Below are positions 18,465 to 29,065 of a DNA stretch of 53,601 bases, one piece after another. Position 1 is the stretch's first letter. Each line of letters begins with the position of its first letter. Made by a program: the position numbers and the translations under genes. Under the pieces are notes generated by a model. It saw nothing but the letters and a program-made list of their open reading frames with translations, made no database searches and was not told where the DNA came from. The stretch is from Bacteriovoracaceae bacterium. GTDB lineage: Bacteria > Bdellovibrionota > Bacteriovoracia > Bacteriovoracales > Bacteriovoracaceae. Location of the stretch: assembly GCA_018649885.1 (NCBI GenBank), contig JABIHA010000074.1, positions 62,001 through 115,601 on the forward strand. Direction: 5' to 3'.

Positions 18465-20388
18465 GATTCCCTCCGGAAGCTGCTCCTCCCGGTGATCCCT
18501 CTCCCTCGGATTCTGAGACGGCTTTATCTTCTTTGCCTGAAGCTCCGCCATCAGAGTCTCCTCCTACTGAAGGAATGGGAATCCCAATGTCTTCACCTGC
18601 AATGAGAGCTGTAATTTGTTTAAGATCAAGAGTTTCCCAAACAATTAGGGCCTCTGCCACCCTCTCAAGTGCCTCTTTTTTTTCTACAAGAATATTTTTA
18701 GCGATTTCATAGTTCTTTGTTACAAAATTTGAAACTTCTTTATCAATCAGCCTTGCTGTTTCATCTGAGAATTCACTTTGCTCACTCATACCTGCGCCCA
18801 TAAAAGGTTGGCCTTGAGAACGTCCATATTTGATTGGTCCAAGATCGCTCATCCCCCACTGACAGACCATAGCATGAGATAGCTCTGTGGCCCTTTCAAT
18901 ATCATTGGAAGCTCCATTGGTAATCTCACCAAAGGTCAACTCCTCTGCAACTCTACCACCCATTAAAAATGAGATAAAATTATTGGCCCTTCCTTTAGAT
19001 AAGTTGAGCATCTCTTCATTCGGTAGTGTTTGAGTCACGCCGAGTGCTTGCCCTCTCGGAATAATACTTACTTTGTGAATAGGATCAGTTTCAGGAAGGT
19101 TCATTCCCACAAGAGTATGCCCCGCTTCGTGGTAAGCAGTAATTCTCTTTTCTTTATCAGAGAGAACCATCGACTTTCTTTCAACACCCATTAAAACCTT
19201 ATCTTTGGCGCGTTCAAAGTGATCCATTGAAATATTTTTATTATTTTCTCTTGCGGCCATAAGAGCAGCTTCATTGACTAGATTGGCAAGGTCTGCCCCT
19301 GTAAAGCCTGGAGTCCCTTTGGCAATAACTTCAAGGTCAACATCTTCATTCATAGGCGGCTTTTTACAATGAACTTTTAAAATGCCAAGTCGGCCTCTAA
19401 CATCAGGAGCTCCTACAACAACTCTTCTATCAAATCGCCCTGGTCTCAGCAGTGCTGGATCTAATACATCCATTCTATTTGTCGCAGCTACAAGGATAAC
19501 CCCTTCATTACTTTCAAAACCATCCATTTCAACTAAGAGCTGGTTTAGTGTTTGCTCTCTTTCATCGTGACCACCACCAAGTCCTGCTCCTCTATGCCTA
19601 CCAACGGCATCGATTTCATCGATAAAGATAATACAAGGTGCATTTTTCTTACCCTGTTCGAAGAGATCTCTAACTCTAGAAGCTCCCACCCCTACGAACA
19701 TTTCAACAAAATCAGAACCTGAAATTGAAAAGAATGGAACATCAGCTTCACCAGCAACTGCTCGTGCCAAAAGAGTTTTCCCAGTTCCTGGAGGCCCAAC
19801 TAAAATAACACCTTTAGGGATCTTGCCTCCAAGGGCAGTATACTTTTTGGGATCTTTCAAGAAATCGACGACTTCCCACAATTCTTGTTTGGCCTCTTCC
19901 ACTCCTGAAACATCATCAAAAGTAATTTTTTTCTCAGAGGGGCTGAGCATCCTAGCACGGGACTTACCAAAGCTCATGGCCTTCCCTCCCCCGGACTGAA
20001 TCTGCCTCATGAAGAAAATAAATATAAATAGGAGCAGAAGTATTGGGCCCCAATTTATTAATAGGGAAGTTAAAAAGCTTTGTTTTTCTTCTGGAATATA
20101 ATCTGGGATAATGCCACTCTCCTCAAGCATTTTAAAAGTAGTATCCCCCGTTGGTCCTGATGTTTGAAATTTGGCCCCATTATTATAGCCTTCGTTGTAC
20201 TGGCCATAAATAATATTGGTTCCCTTCATCTGAACCTCTCCAACTTGTCCACCTTTTACGGCCTTTACAAATTCAGAGTAACGGATGCTAGTTCTCACTC
20301 CATCTTTTTGATCTAGGAATTTTACTACCAGTGCTAACAAAAGGATTAATACCATCCAAAGAGCAAATGTTTTTTGTTGTTGTTTCAT
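18451..20388 (-). CDS. ftsH: ATP-dependent zinc metalloprotease FtsH
   Basis: Two TM segments, [24 protein letters not shown] and HEAGH. Confidence 0.98.
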   Translation of the reverse strand: MKQQQKTFALWMVLILLLALVVKFLDQKDGVRTSIRYSEFVKAVKGGQVGEVQMKGTNIIYGQYNEGYNNGAKFQTSGPTGDTTFKMLEESGIIPDYIPEEKQSFLTSLLINWGPILLLLFIFIFFMRQIQSGGGKAMSFGKSRARMLSPSEKKITFDDVSGVEEAKQELWEVVDFLKDPKKYTALGGKIPKGVILVGPPGTGKTLLARAVAGEADVPFFSISGSDFVEMFVGVGASRVRDLFEQGKKNAPCIIFIDEIDAVGRHRGAGLGGGHDEREQTLNQLLVEMDGFESNEGVILVAATNRMDVLDPALLRPGRFDRRVVVGAPDVRGRLGILKVHCKKPPMNEDVDLEVIAKGTPGFTGADLANLVNEAALMAARENNKNISMDHFERAKDKVLMGVERKSMVLSDKEKRITAYHEAGHTLVGMNLPETDPIHKVSIIPRGQALGVTQTLPNEEMLNLSKGRANNFISFLMGGRVAEELTFGEITNGASNDIERATELSHAMVCQWGMSDLGPIKYGRSQGQPFMGAGMSEQSEFSDETARLIDKEVSNFVTKNYEIAKNILVEKKEALERVAEALIVWETLDLKQITALIAGEDIGIPIPSVGGDSDGGASGKEDKAVSESEGEGSPGGAASGGNLAPA

Positions 20389-20517
20389 GCTAATACCGCT
20401 TTTGAAGTTTAAGTTTTGTGATAGCTATCTTTTGAAGATTTTTAGACAAACCACACCTATTCTATAATAAAACGCACCCTTACCAGGTGACAACCCAGGA
20501 CCATACTTCCTGTCGGA

Positions 20518-21861
20518 TTATTTTTGCTGGGAATGAGGTATGCAGTGAAGTCCCTTCTGCCCCTTTGATGCTCCGCTTCGTAATACCCAAAACACGGGGC
20601 GAATCCATAAATTATATGGCAAAGGATGAGAATCTCGTTTAAGGGAAATTTTAGGTGACTTTTTAAGTCCATTTCCCCACTTTTTTCTGACACTTCTAGG
20701 TGCCCTTAAAAAGAATATCTTAATAAACTGCTCAACATTTTTTTGGCCAAGAAGCTGTTTGTGAACCTTGCTTCTCAAATGATCGAGTCCCATCCACTTT
20801 GGGGACGAATTTGATCTTCCTTTGACAAGTGACTCCCAGCCCTTGGAAAGCTCAAATACACCTCTAGAGTTGCACGCCACAAGTAGTCCATCCCATTTGT
20901 AGAGGAACAAATCTCCAGCAAGCCTATGTGGACCCATCCAAACCTTGTCACCCGCAAAAAACTTGCCCAACTCTTTGGCCCACTTACCCCTTTCAGCCTT
21001 TGAAAGTGTTTTAATCGAGGGCAAGAGATCATTTTCAAAAGGAGAAAAGTCAGATTTAAAATCATTTCTCCAATAAAAGTGAGCATTATGAAACTTTTTG
21101 CTGGAAAGTCTTGTATTTACGGTTTTTGCATTTGCAAATACACTGACACCTAATTTTTTGGCCAATCTATTTTGCAAATATACATAGTGCTTTAGATATT
21201 GTGGGTATTTCTTCTTGATGCTGGGAATGACTTCTTTTCTAATATAATTGCGCTCAAAACGAGTGTCATCGTTGGTATGATCAGTAAAAAACTCAACCCC
21301 TTCGTAATCGAGGTAATTCTCAATTTGAGTCCTGCTGACACAAAGAAATGGCCTTCTAACGCTGTCTCTCAGCACCGGAATACCTAGGCTCGAAATCATT
21401 TCAGAGGAGCGCCATCTTTTCATCAGGGACCACTCAAATGAATCATCAAGATTATGGGCCGTATAAACAACATCCCCTTTTCCCAAAAATTCATTAAAAA
21501 ATTTATATCTCTCTTTTCTGGCCCAGTTCTCCAGATTGCTTTTGCTCTCAGGTGGATTTAAATGGGTCACTTTGAGCTCGAACTGCATCTCTCTTGCCCA
21601 GGCCTTGAGCTCAGCCTCCTCGGCTTCAGACTCTTCACGAATTCCGTGATTGACATGGAGGAGTACCAATTCCTTAAATTTTTCATTATTATGAAACAAC
21701 TCCATTAAAACCATGGCGAGGGCCTTGGAATCAGCGCCTCCGGAAATGGCCACATAGGCCTTACCAGATTCTGGATACAGCTTTGCCTGCTCCATAAAGC
21801 TGTCAATGTGTTTTACAAATCTAAAAGTATAAGGAAGATAATTCATGGCGCTAAACAACAT
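20518..21861 (-). CDS. tilS: tRNA(Ile)-lysidine synthetase
   Basis: PP-loop SGGADS, HVNHGIR, AR..RY, AHNLDD and RNYIR motifs. Conserved tilS-ftsH synteny. Confidence 0.9.
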   Translation of the reverse strand: MLFSAMNYLPYTFRFVKHIDSFMEQAKLYPESGKAYVAISGGADSKALAMVLMELFHNNEKFKELVLLHVNHGIREESEAEEAELKAWAREMQFELKVTHLNPPESKSNLENWARKERYKFFNEFLGKGDVVYTAHNLDDSFEWSLMKRWRSSEMISSLGIPVLRDSVRRPFLCVSRTQIENYLDYEGVEFFTDHTNDDTRFERNYIRKEVIPSIKKKYPQYLKHYVYLQNRLAKKLGVSVFANAKTVNTRLSSKKFHNAHFYWRNDFKSDFSPFENDLLPSIKTLSKAERGKWAKELGKFFAGDKVWMGPHRLAGDLFLYKWDGLLVACNSRGVFELSKGWESLVKGRSNSSPKWMGLDHLRSKVHKQLLGQKNVEQFIKIFFLRAPRSVRKKWGNGLKKSPKISLKRDSHPLPYNLWIRPVFWVLRSGASKGQKGLHCIPHSQQK

Positions 21862-21910
21862 ACAACAGTTAAATTAGATTTACAATTACTATGAAATCAA
21901 ACACTCAGAT

Positions 21911-21940
21911 TTGACATAGTCTAACTACTTGAATAAAAAT
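21911..21940 (+). promoter_or_regulatory. Putative sigma70 promoter for the tRNA
   Basis: TTGACA-N17-TAAAAA(T), about 22 nt upstream of the tRNA. Confidence 0.5.
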
Positions 21941-21961
21941 CATTCTTCGATTATAGGCTTT

Positions 21962-22038
21962 GGCGAGGTAGCTCAGTTGGTGAGAGCGTCGGATTCATAA
22001 CCCGAAGGCCGGGAGTTCGACTCTCCCCCTCGCTACCA
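21962..22038 (+). tRNA. tRNA with CAT anticodon, most likely elongator tRNA-Met
   Basis: Cloverleaf: acceptor GGCGAGG/CCTCGCT, D arm GCTC/GAGC, anticodon loop TTCATAA (CAT at 21996-21998), T arm GGGAG-TTCGACT-CTCCC, encoded ACCA. Confidence 0.95.
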
Positions 22039-22230
22039 AAGTCTTCATTTCAGTATATACAGAATTGCTTCAGTATAGCGGCAAAACGAACTGCTTAAAA
22101 CGGTTAGTTTCACCTGTTGGATCTGGCACGCACCGACGAAAAAAATCTTAGGCCTAAGAGGCTTTCCCCTACATTAAAAATGAGATAAATTAGACACCCA
22201 AACTAATCCTCAATTTTCTTGTGAGTAACT

Positions 22231-24579
22231 ATGAAAGAAAACCGAAGCAAAGAAGTGGCCGAAATTGAAAGAATCACTAAGTTTAGTCATAAACAAGTGA
22301 GTGTCACACTTCAGCTTTTGATCGACGAAGATTGTACAGTTCCTTTTATTGCCAGATATAGAAAAGACCAAACCATGGGACTTGATGAAGTAGGCATCAG
22401 ACTCGTTGAAAAATCCTTCGAAGAAATTACAGAGCGTGAAAAACGAAGAGAATTTATTCTGGAAACGCTAAAATCCCAAAAGATTTTGACCCCAAAATTA
22501 GAGGGCCTGATTCTTTCAGCAAAAAACCTAAGAGAGCTAGAAGATATCTATGCCCCCTATAAATCTAAGAAAAAAACAAAAGCACAGGTTGCAAAAGACA
22601 ATGGACTAGAACCACTATCTGAGCACTTTTTGAATTCATCAAAAACCCCAGATCAAGATCATGATTGGATTGTCTCTACATTTGTAGAAGGCAACGAAAA
22701 GGTTGAATCTCTTGAGAAGGCTTTAGAAGGGGCAATGGATATAATCATTGAAAGCTTTTCTCACCACCCTGAAAGCAAAGAAAAAATAAGGCATTTCTAT
22801 TGGAAAAACTCTATTTTGCAATCTGAAAAAAGAAAAGATGCAGAAAAAGTAAAAGACCATTTGAAATACAAAGATTTCTTTGAGTTCACTGAAAAGCTCG
22901 AGTCCTTAAAAACAGCAAAGTCATCACATCGCTACCTTGCCATTCGAAGAGGAATGCAAAAGAAAATATTGAAAGTTGAAGTTTCAGCTCAACATGAATT
23001 TTCACAGAAAATCTTAGAAGAAGCTTTCTTTCCCAAGGACAAAAAATTAGGTTATAGAAATGAGCTAGCCGCAGCCAGCGAAAAGGCCACAAAATTATAT
23101 ATTTATCCTTCTATCGATACAGAAGTAAAAACTGAACTCAAAAAGTTCTCTGATATTGCTGCAGTTGAAGTTTTTAATACTAATTTAAAAAACTTACTAC
23201 TATCTCCATATTTGGGGGCCAAGGCAGTAATGGGTGTGGACCCAGGTATTGTGTCCGGTTGTAAAATCGTAATAGTTGGTAGCACCGGGGAGTTAATAGA
23301 TGATTTTGTTATTTTCCCTCACCCACCTAAACAAAAAAAGGCAGAGGCCTTTGCTCTAATCCAAAAGGCCTTAGAAAAGCACAAGATTGAATATATTGCC
23401 ATTGGCAATGGAACTTTTGGTCGAGAAACCTTGGCCTTTTTTCAAGAAAATATACCTCCTGTTAAAAGTGGAGAGATTAAGGCCACTATGATTTCAGAAT
23501 CAGGCGCCTCTGTGTACTCTGCTTCTGATATAGCAAGAGAGGAGTTCCCCAAAAAAGATGTCACAGTGAGAGGCTCTGTTTCCATTGCCAGAAGATTCCA
23601 AGACCCACTTGCAGAACTGGTTAAGATAGACCCAAAATCGATTGGGGTCGGGCAGTACCAACATGATGTGAGCCAAAGTTTTCTAAAAAAATCTCTTGGC
23701 TCTGTGGTGGAAAGCTGTGTCAACTTTGTAGGAGTAGACCTCAATACGGCTTCTGCTCCCCTGCTTTCATTTGTCTCAGGTATTGGACCTGTTATGGCCA
23801 AAAATATCGTGCAATACAGAAATTCAAAAGGTGGATTTAAAAATAGAAAAGAGCTTTTCAATGTTCCACGTTTTTCAGACAAAGTTTTTACTCAAAGTGC
23901 AGGTTTTTTGAGAATTTATAGTGGAGAACAACCCCTTGATTCGACCTTCATACACCCCGAAGCCTACGAATCTATCATTGAATGGATTGTAGCTCACAAA
24001 AAAACGGTCAAAGAGCTAGTGGGTAACTCAGAGCTTATTGGCTCACTTGAAAATGATAGAGAGCTCAAAACAAAGCTAGGTGATTTTACATTTAAAGATA
24101 TTGTTAAATCTCTTAAAACTCCTTCTCAAGATCCGCGAACGACTTTTAAATCTGTCGACTTTGACAAGAGTTTAAAAGTAATAAAGGATCTTAAAGTGGG
24201 GACTTGGTACCCCGGCGTTGTCAGTAATATTACTAATTTTGGCGCCTTCGTAGATGTTGGGCTTAAAGAAACAGGGCTCGTACATATAAGTGAGCTAAGT
24301 GACCAATTTGTAAAAAACCCACTGGATCATATAAAAGTAGGTCAAGAATTAAGGGTCAAAGTAATAGACGTGGACTTCGATAGAAAAAGAATCTCACTGA
24401 GCGCAAGAACTGGAGAAAAACCACCTGCTCATACTGAGGTCAAAAGACATCACAAAAAGGCCGAGAGGAAGAGTACGCCAGCTCGTGGGGAGAAACCGCA
24501 AAAAAGCAGAGAAAAACCGGCCCGCGCGCTTAAGTCCAATCCTTTTGGAGCACTCAAAGATTTTAAGATAAAAACTTAA
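22231..24579 (+). CDS. tex: Tex/YhgF RNA-binding transcriptional accessory protein
   Basis: Motifs TVPFIARYRK, GVDPG, ESGASVYSAS and IDPKSIGVGQYQHDV, followed by HhH and C-terminal S1 domains. Confidence 0.96.
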   Translation: MKENRSKEVAEIERITKFSHKQVSVTLQLLIDEDCTVPFIARYRKDQTMGLDEVGIRLVEKSFEEITEREKRREFILETLKSQKILTPKLEGLILSAKNLRELEDIYAPYKSKKKTKAQVAKDNGLEPLSEHFLNSSKTPDQDHDWIVSTFVEGNEKVESLEKALEGAMDIIIESFSHHPESKEKIRHFYWKNSILQSEKRKDAEKVKDHLKYKDFFEFTEKLESLKTAKSSHRYLAIRRGMQKKILKVEVSAQHEFSQKILEEAFFPKDKKLGYRNELAAASEKATKLYIYPSIDTEVKTELKKFSDIAAVEVFNTNLKNLLLSPYLGAKAVMGVDPGIVSGCKIVIVGSTGELIDDFVIFPHPPKQKKAEAFALIQKALEKHKIEYIAIGNGTFGRETLAFFQENIPPVKSGEIKATMISESGASVYSASDIAREEFPKKDVTVRGSVSIARRFQDPLAELVKIDPKSIGVGQYQHDVSQSFLKKSLGSVVESCVNFVGVDLNTASAPLLSFVSGIGPVMAKNIVQYRNSKGGFKNRKELFNVPRFSDKVFTQSAGFLRIYSGEQPLDSTFIHPEAYESIIEWIVAHKKTVKELVGNSELIGSLENDRELKTKLGDFTFKDIVKSLKTPSQDPRTTFKSVDFDKSLKVIKDLKVGTWYPGVVSNITNFGAFVDVGLKETGLVHISELSDQFVKNPLDHIKVGQELRVKVIDVDFDRKRISLSARTGEKPPAHTEVKRHHKKAERKSTPARGEKPQKSREKPARALKSNPFGALKDFKIKT

Positions 24580-25481
24580 GAGGCCACTTGGTCTAATTTT
24601 TGTCCCATTTCATTTAGAAATTCGGTGGCACTCTCTTCGATGCTGTCGCCTTCGGATTCTCTTGTTATAAATTCGAAGGGTACAAAGATATATCTGTTCC
24701 CTGCTCCCATCATATGCCCAAGGATCCATCTCTTGGTAGTTTCGCTTGTAATTCCCATTCTCCAGTCAATGCGAAAGATATCTTCAGGATTATTTGTGTA
24801 TAAGTTATCGCACTTACTCTCCCCATTATTTTCGAGAGCTGATTTAAAGAAATTAGTATTAATATATGCGTGCAAATAGTCTTTGGAAATTAACTGTGTA
24901 AAGGTTCGATTATTTGGAACATGAAACAAAATGCCATGAGATGTGATTTGCTTCATAAAAATAAATTGCGCCTTTGTATAATCTCCCTGCATAAAACAAA
25001 GCAGAGGAGACTCCAATCTTAAACGAAATTGCCTTGCTCCTAACTTTTCAGTCAGCAGCTGGTAGTAGACAAAGTATCTATACTTACCAACATCAGGTAG
25101 TCCTTCGAGAGAAACACAAAAATAAGGACCTTTTTCACAATGAGTAGAAATCTCAACTTCTGGATCAGATAAATCGATAACTGAAGACTCATTAAATAAG
25201 TAAGCTGTGAAAATTTCATGCATTGAAACACGGTAGAATTTCTCTGGAGTTTTGACCCAAACGGCGTGAGCATGCAGCTCTTCTATCAAGGCCTCAAGCC
25301 TTTCAAGGCGAATGTCGCTTCCACTGAACAGACCTTTCATATGATCGCAACTTTTTTTGCCGTCACTCCAATGAAAGCTTAGAGCACCCTCACTTGCTAA
25401 TTTGAGACTCTGATCTAGCTCAGAATTTTCTATGTACTTATGGACGTTTCCTGCCCACTTAGTATTAATGTCCTTACTCAT
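24576..25481 (-). CDS. Hypothetical protein, possibly with a degenerate PilZ-like C-terminal half
   Basis: Long ORF with a G-rich RBS. RQFRLR and QITSHG loosely echo the PilZ RxxxR and (D/N)xSxxG motifs. Confidence 0.6.
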   Translation of the reverse strand: MSKDINTKWAGNVHKYIENSELDQSLKLASEGALSFHWSDGKKSCDHMKGLFSGSDIRLERLEALIEELHAHAVWVKTPEKFYRVSMHEIFTAYLFNESSVIDLSDPEVEISTHCEKGPYFCVSLEGLPDVGKYRYFVYYQLLTEKLGARQFRLRLESPLLCFMQGDYTKAQFIFMKQITSHGILFHVPNNRTFTQLISKDYLHAYINTNFFKSALENNGESKCDNLYTNNPEDIFRIDWRMGITSETTKRWILGHMMGAGNRYIFVPFEFITRESEGDSIEESATEFLNEMGQKLDQVAS

Positions 25482-25642
25482 ATCCCAGTCCCCCGTCAAA
25501 AAAGATCATAATAGAATAACTTAACCAAAGAACTAAACTGCTGAAAATGTGACAATTGAGGGCCTAACTTCCTAGATTGATAGAACTTTAAAAGATATTA
25601 AGACATCCAATAAAATAAGTTGAGAAACTCGTATAAGCTCCA

Positions 25643-25670
25643 TTTTCGACCACTGAAATTGGCAAATTGA
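25643..25670 (-). promoter_or_regulatory. Weak sigma28-like promoter upstream of the 24576-25481 gene
   Basis: Minus strand reads TCAA-N16-GTCGAAAA. Confidence 0.3.
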
Positions 25671-25685
25671 AAGGTGTAAATAAAG

Positions 25686-26846
25686 TTAGGAAAAGCTTCT
25701 TACTTTCTCAATAAATGAGCTCTTTTGACCCATTATTCCTTTGAAGGCCCCAAAGGAAAAAATAGTGGAAATACCAAATGGAATGATAAAGGCCAATACA
25801 ATTTGGTACCCATCAAGATGGACTGGAATATTCCTTTCCACAAAAACTGCAGGCATAATATTTCCCTCGTAGTTATCCAGAAAATAAAGAAGGCCTGCCC
25901 CTGCTCCAAGTCCACACAAAATAGTTATTGAACACAAAACAAGAACAAAGCGCTGTACCATCTGCTTGATGGACTCTATCCCTTTTCCTCGAATCCAAAA
26001 GCTAACAAGATCAACTTTTATTTTATTAAAGAAAACAAAAAGACCAGAGGTAATGGAAATCGCCACAAGTAGTGTCATCACGGTGAATAAAAATAGCATG
26101 ATTCTATTTTCAAGATTTAAGGCCCACACAAGCGTAGAGTTTTCATCCTCCCATCTCTTTACTTGAAGAGATTTCAAAGAGGCATGGGAGAAAATTTCTT
26201 TTACTGTACCCACATCTATATCGCTATAAAATACAACTTTATTGAGAATTCGTTTTCTTAAAATATTTTGCAGAAAAGAGCTTCTGACAAAAGCATGGTT
26301 TGCGTCAATTTCTTGAACATTGGCATTGAATATATCTGTCACATGCAGTTTTCCAATTCTGGGTACGTCACCTAAGAGCTTATTGGTTACCATAGGAAAG
26401 ATCAGCTCAACTTCTCCCCTATAATCTACGTGAATTTTGTAAGCAAGCTCACTTCCAAGCACAATTCCTGAAATATCTCGGTCAGAAGCGAATGGAGCAG
26501 GATTTGAAAGATTAACCCCATGAAGAACAACAGGAGAAATACGGCCCCCATTTTTAATAAGTAGCTCAATTTCAAGCTCGGGATGAGCAGAGATTCCCTC
26601 GAGTCTTTTATCTTTTAAAAGATCTTGAATAATGGACTCAGAAACACCTTCAAATTTAGCTGAAACAACTCCTTTGACTCTCTTAGATCTGCCGATGACA
26701 CCTCTTTGCAGTCCACCCATTGTCCCTTGGAGTACAAGTAGTGCAAAAGAGCTGAGAAAAAGGCCGACGATGGCCAAAATTAGCAGCCGCTGTCTAGTCC
26801 TGCTAAAAAAGATGTAGTGAAAGAAATATTTTAGAAATGGACCCAC
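25686..26846 (-). CDS. LolC/E-like (MacB/FtsX family) ABC transporter permease
   Basis: One N-terminal TM, a periplasmic domain (GIVLGSELA), W...N..L..AL..E motif, then three C-terminal TMs. Confidence 0.85.
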   Translation of the reverse strand: MGPFLKYFFHYIFFSRTRQRLLILAIVGLFLSSFALLVLQGTMGGLQRGVIGRSKRVKGVVSAKFEGVSESIIQDLLKDKRLEGISAHPELEIELLIKNGGRISPVVLHGVNLSNPAPFASDRDISGIVLGSELAYKIHVDYRGEVELIFPMVTNKLLGDVPRIGKLHVTDIFNANVQEIDANHAFVRSSFLQNILRKRILNKVVFYSDIDVGTVKEIFSHASLKSLQVKRWEDENSTLVWALNLENRIMLFLFTVMTLLVAISITSGLFVFFNKIKVDLVSFWIRGKGIESIKQMVQRFVLVLCSITILCGLGAGAGLLYFLDNYEGNIMPAVFVERNIPVHLDGYQIVLAFIIPFGISTIFSFGAFKGIMGQKSSFIEKVRSFS

Positions 26847-26858
26847 GTGCTCCTATTT

Positions 26859-26884
26859 AAAAAAAGGCCTGGTTCACCCAGGCC
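26859..26884 (-). terminator. Intrinsic terminator after fadJ
   Basis: Minus strand GGCCTGG-gtgaa-CCAGGCC followed by T7. Confidence 0.8.
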
Positions 26885-26890
26885 ATCAGC

Positions 26891-29041
26891 TTAAATATCG
26901 TAAAATTTCTTTTTCTCGGCGACAAGATTTTTAAGTAGTGGTGCCGGTGAATATCTGTCCTCATTAACCTCTGAGGCAAATCTTTCCAGAGCTCCAGTGA
27001 TTCGGTCAAGTCCTTCTGAATCAGCATACTTTAATAGGCCTCCTCTAAAGGGAGGAAATCCTGTTCCAAAAATTAAACCAAGATCAACCACAGATGCTTT
27101 GCTCACGATTCCATCACTAAGAATTCTGGCCGCTTCATTTATCATGGGGAGAAAAACTCTCATTTGTATGGAAGTCTCATCCATATTTTTGGAACCCATA
27201 TTAGGAAGAAATTTCTCTATCTCACTATTGAGGTCCCCTGGCTTTCCTTTGGCATCATAAAGATAAAATCCTTTTGATGTTTTTTTGCCGAGGAGTCCAC
27301 TATCAAAAGCTGCCTTAGAAATGCCACAGGCACGGGCCCTAGGGCCTAAGCCTTCCTCCATAATCTTCCCAACTTTAACCAGAACATCAATTCCAATCTC
27401 ATCCATTAACCGGCATGCCCCCATAGGCATTCCAAAGTTTAGACAGGCCTGATCTAACTCTTCCGGGTGAACCCCTTCTTCAAGTAAATAGGCCGCTTCA
27501 TTCAAAAAGGGCATGAGTATTCTGTTAACAAGAAAACCTGGTCCATCACCTACAACAATTGGAGTTTTGCCTACTTTTACACACCACTTATAAAGAGCTT
27601 CAACTGTTTCTGGAGCTACCTTATCGTGAGTGATGATCTCAACAAGTGGCATTCTATTAACTGGATTAAAAAAGTGAAGACCTGCAAACCTTTCAGGTTT
27701 TTTCAGACCTTTTGCCATTTCAGTGACAGAAAGCGATGAAGTATTAGATGTCAGTAGACAATCATCTCGTACATGATTTTCAAGTTCTCCAAACACCAAT
27801 TTCTTTATTTTCATATCTTCAACAACAGCTTCAATCACTAGATCAACACTATTAAAACCATCAAAACCGAGCTGAGGGGATATAGAGAGCTGCTTTCTTT
27901 CGTATTCTGCTTTAGACATCTTTCTTCGCTTGAGGGCCCCTGAAAAATTGGCCGAGGACTGCTTAAGTCCCAATTCAAGTGCATCATTGTTCAGATCTTT
28001 TAAAATAGGAGATTGTCCATTGTTGGCAAATAGCCACGCAATTCCACCTCCCATAGTACCTGCTCCAACAACAGCTCCTCTTTTAACTTTTAAAACACTG
28101 CCCTCACCTTTTGCTCCATCATACTTTTTAGAATTTTCATGCATGAAGAAGATGTGAATGAGGTTCTTGCTTTGCTCGGTGACACATAATTCACCAAATC
28201 CTTGTGCTTCTAAGGCCAAGTAACTTGACCTTCCTTTTGAAGCACCTTGTTCCATCACGTCTAAAATTTTCAGTGGTGCGTGATAAAAACCTTTTGTCTT
28301 TTTGAGAACCCCTTCTCTCGCTTTTTGAAAGATAAGCTTTCTCGACAAAAAGTTTTCAGAGGCCATATGCTCTAAATTCTCTTTAAGAGCGTCCATGGGA
28401 GAGCTCCTTTTCTTAGTGCCTGCTCCCTTTTTAAAATAGCGAGACGCCACTTTTACAAGATTTTCTTTAGGAAATATTTCTGTCACAAGACCAAGTTTTT
28501 TTGCTTTTTTGGCATCAATCATTCTTCCCGTCAAAATCATATCAAGTGCACCAGGAAGTGATATTTTTTTGGGCAGTCTATAGGTTCCACCAAAGCCAGG
28601 AAGAAGCCCAAGCTTTACCTCAGGAACTGCAAATTTAGTTCCCGAATCATCGGAAGCGATAATATGATCACAAGACAGTGCTAGCTCTAGCCCTCCACCC
28701 AGACAAAAGCCATCGACACATGCCACAGTTGGAATAGAGAGATCGTCTATTTTGTTATAGAGCTCTTGCCCTTTTTCAGCACCACTTGTGGCCTCGACCT
28801 CAGTATTGAGTTTTTGGATCATTTTTATATCGGCGCCTGCCAAAAAGACTCTCGGTATGTGGGAAAAGAAAATCAGGCCTTTTATACCTGCTCCTTCTCC
28901 TTTTTTCACTTCTTCAAGGGCCTCATTAAGCTCAAGTAGGGTATCCTCATCCAGAACCGTCATAGAGGATTCTGAGTTGTAACCAAAGCCTATATGGGCG
29001 ATATTGTCTTTAACCTCATAAGATAATTTTTGAAAGCTCAT
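26891..29041 (-). CDS. fadJ: Fatty-acid oxidation complex alpha subunit (enoyl-CoA hydratase/3-hydroxyacyl-CoA dehydrogenase)
   Basis: Motifs AGADI, GGGLELAL, PEVKLGLLPG, GAGTMGGGIA, SNTSS, HFFNPV and PGFLVNR. Confidence 0.92.
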   Translation of the reverse strand: MSFQKLSYEVKDNIAHIGFGYNSESSMTVLDEDTLLELNEALEEVKKGEGAGIKGLIFFSHIPRVFLAGADIKMIQKLNTEVEATSGAEKGQELYNKIDDLSIPTVACVDGFCLGGGLELALSCDHIIASDDSGTKFAVPEVKLGLLPGFGGTYRLPKKISLPGALDMILTGRMIDAKKAKKLGLVTEIFPKENLVKVASRYFKKGAGTKKRSSPMDALKENLEHMASENFLSRKLIFQKAREGVLKKTKGFYHAPLKILDVMEQGASKGRSSYLALEAQGFGELCVTEQSKNLIHIFFMHENSKKYDGAKGEGSVLKVKRGAVVGAGTMGGGIAWLFANNGQSPILKDLNNDALELGLKQSSANFSGALKRRKMSKAEYERKQLSISPQLGFDGFNSVDLVIEAVVEDMKIKKLVFGELENHVRDDCLLTSNTSSLSVTEMAKGLKKPERFAGLHFFNPVNRMPLVEIITHDKVAPETVEALYKWCVKVGKTPIVVGDGPGFLVNRILMPFLNEAAYLLEEGVHPEELDQACLNFGMPMGACRLMDEIGIDVLVKVGKIMEEGLGPRARACGISKAAFDSGLLGKKTSKGFYLYDAKGKPGDLNSEIEKFLPNMGSKNMDETSIQMRVFLPMINEAARILSDGIVSKASVVDLGLIFGTGFPPFRGGLLKYADSEGLDRITGALERFASEVNEDRYSPAPLLKNLVAEKKKFYDI

Positions 29042-29065
29042 ATCTAAATTCTCCTCTTCACTTTT

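Noticed and set aside
18465..18551. N-terminal extension of FolP in the ORF track
   Set aside because: It lies within the ftsH 3' end. A TTG with a GGAGG RBS at 18464 gives a normal-length FolP.
20457..20693. 78-aa ORF overlapping the tilS end as a frameshifted C-terminus
   Set aside because: It has no TilS_C-like motif or RBS, and tilS is already full length at 447 aa.
21962..22230. tRNA as the integration site of a genomic island
   Set aside because: I saw no integrase and no duplicated tRNA 3' end, and the next gene is the core gene tex.
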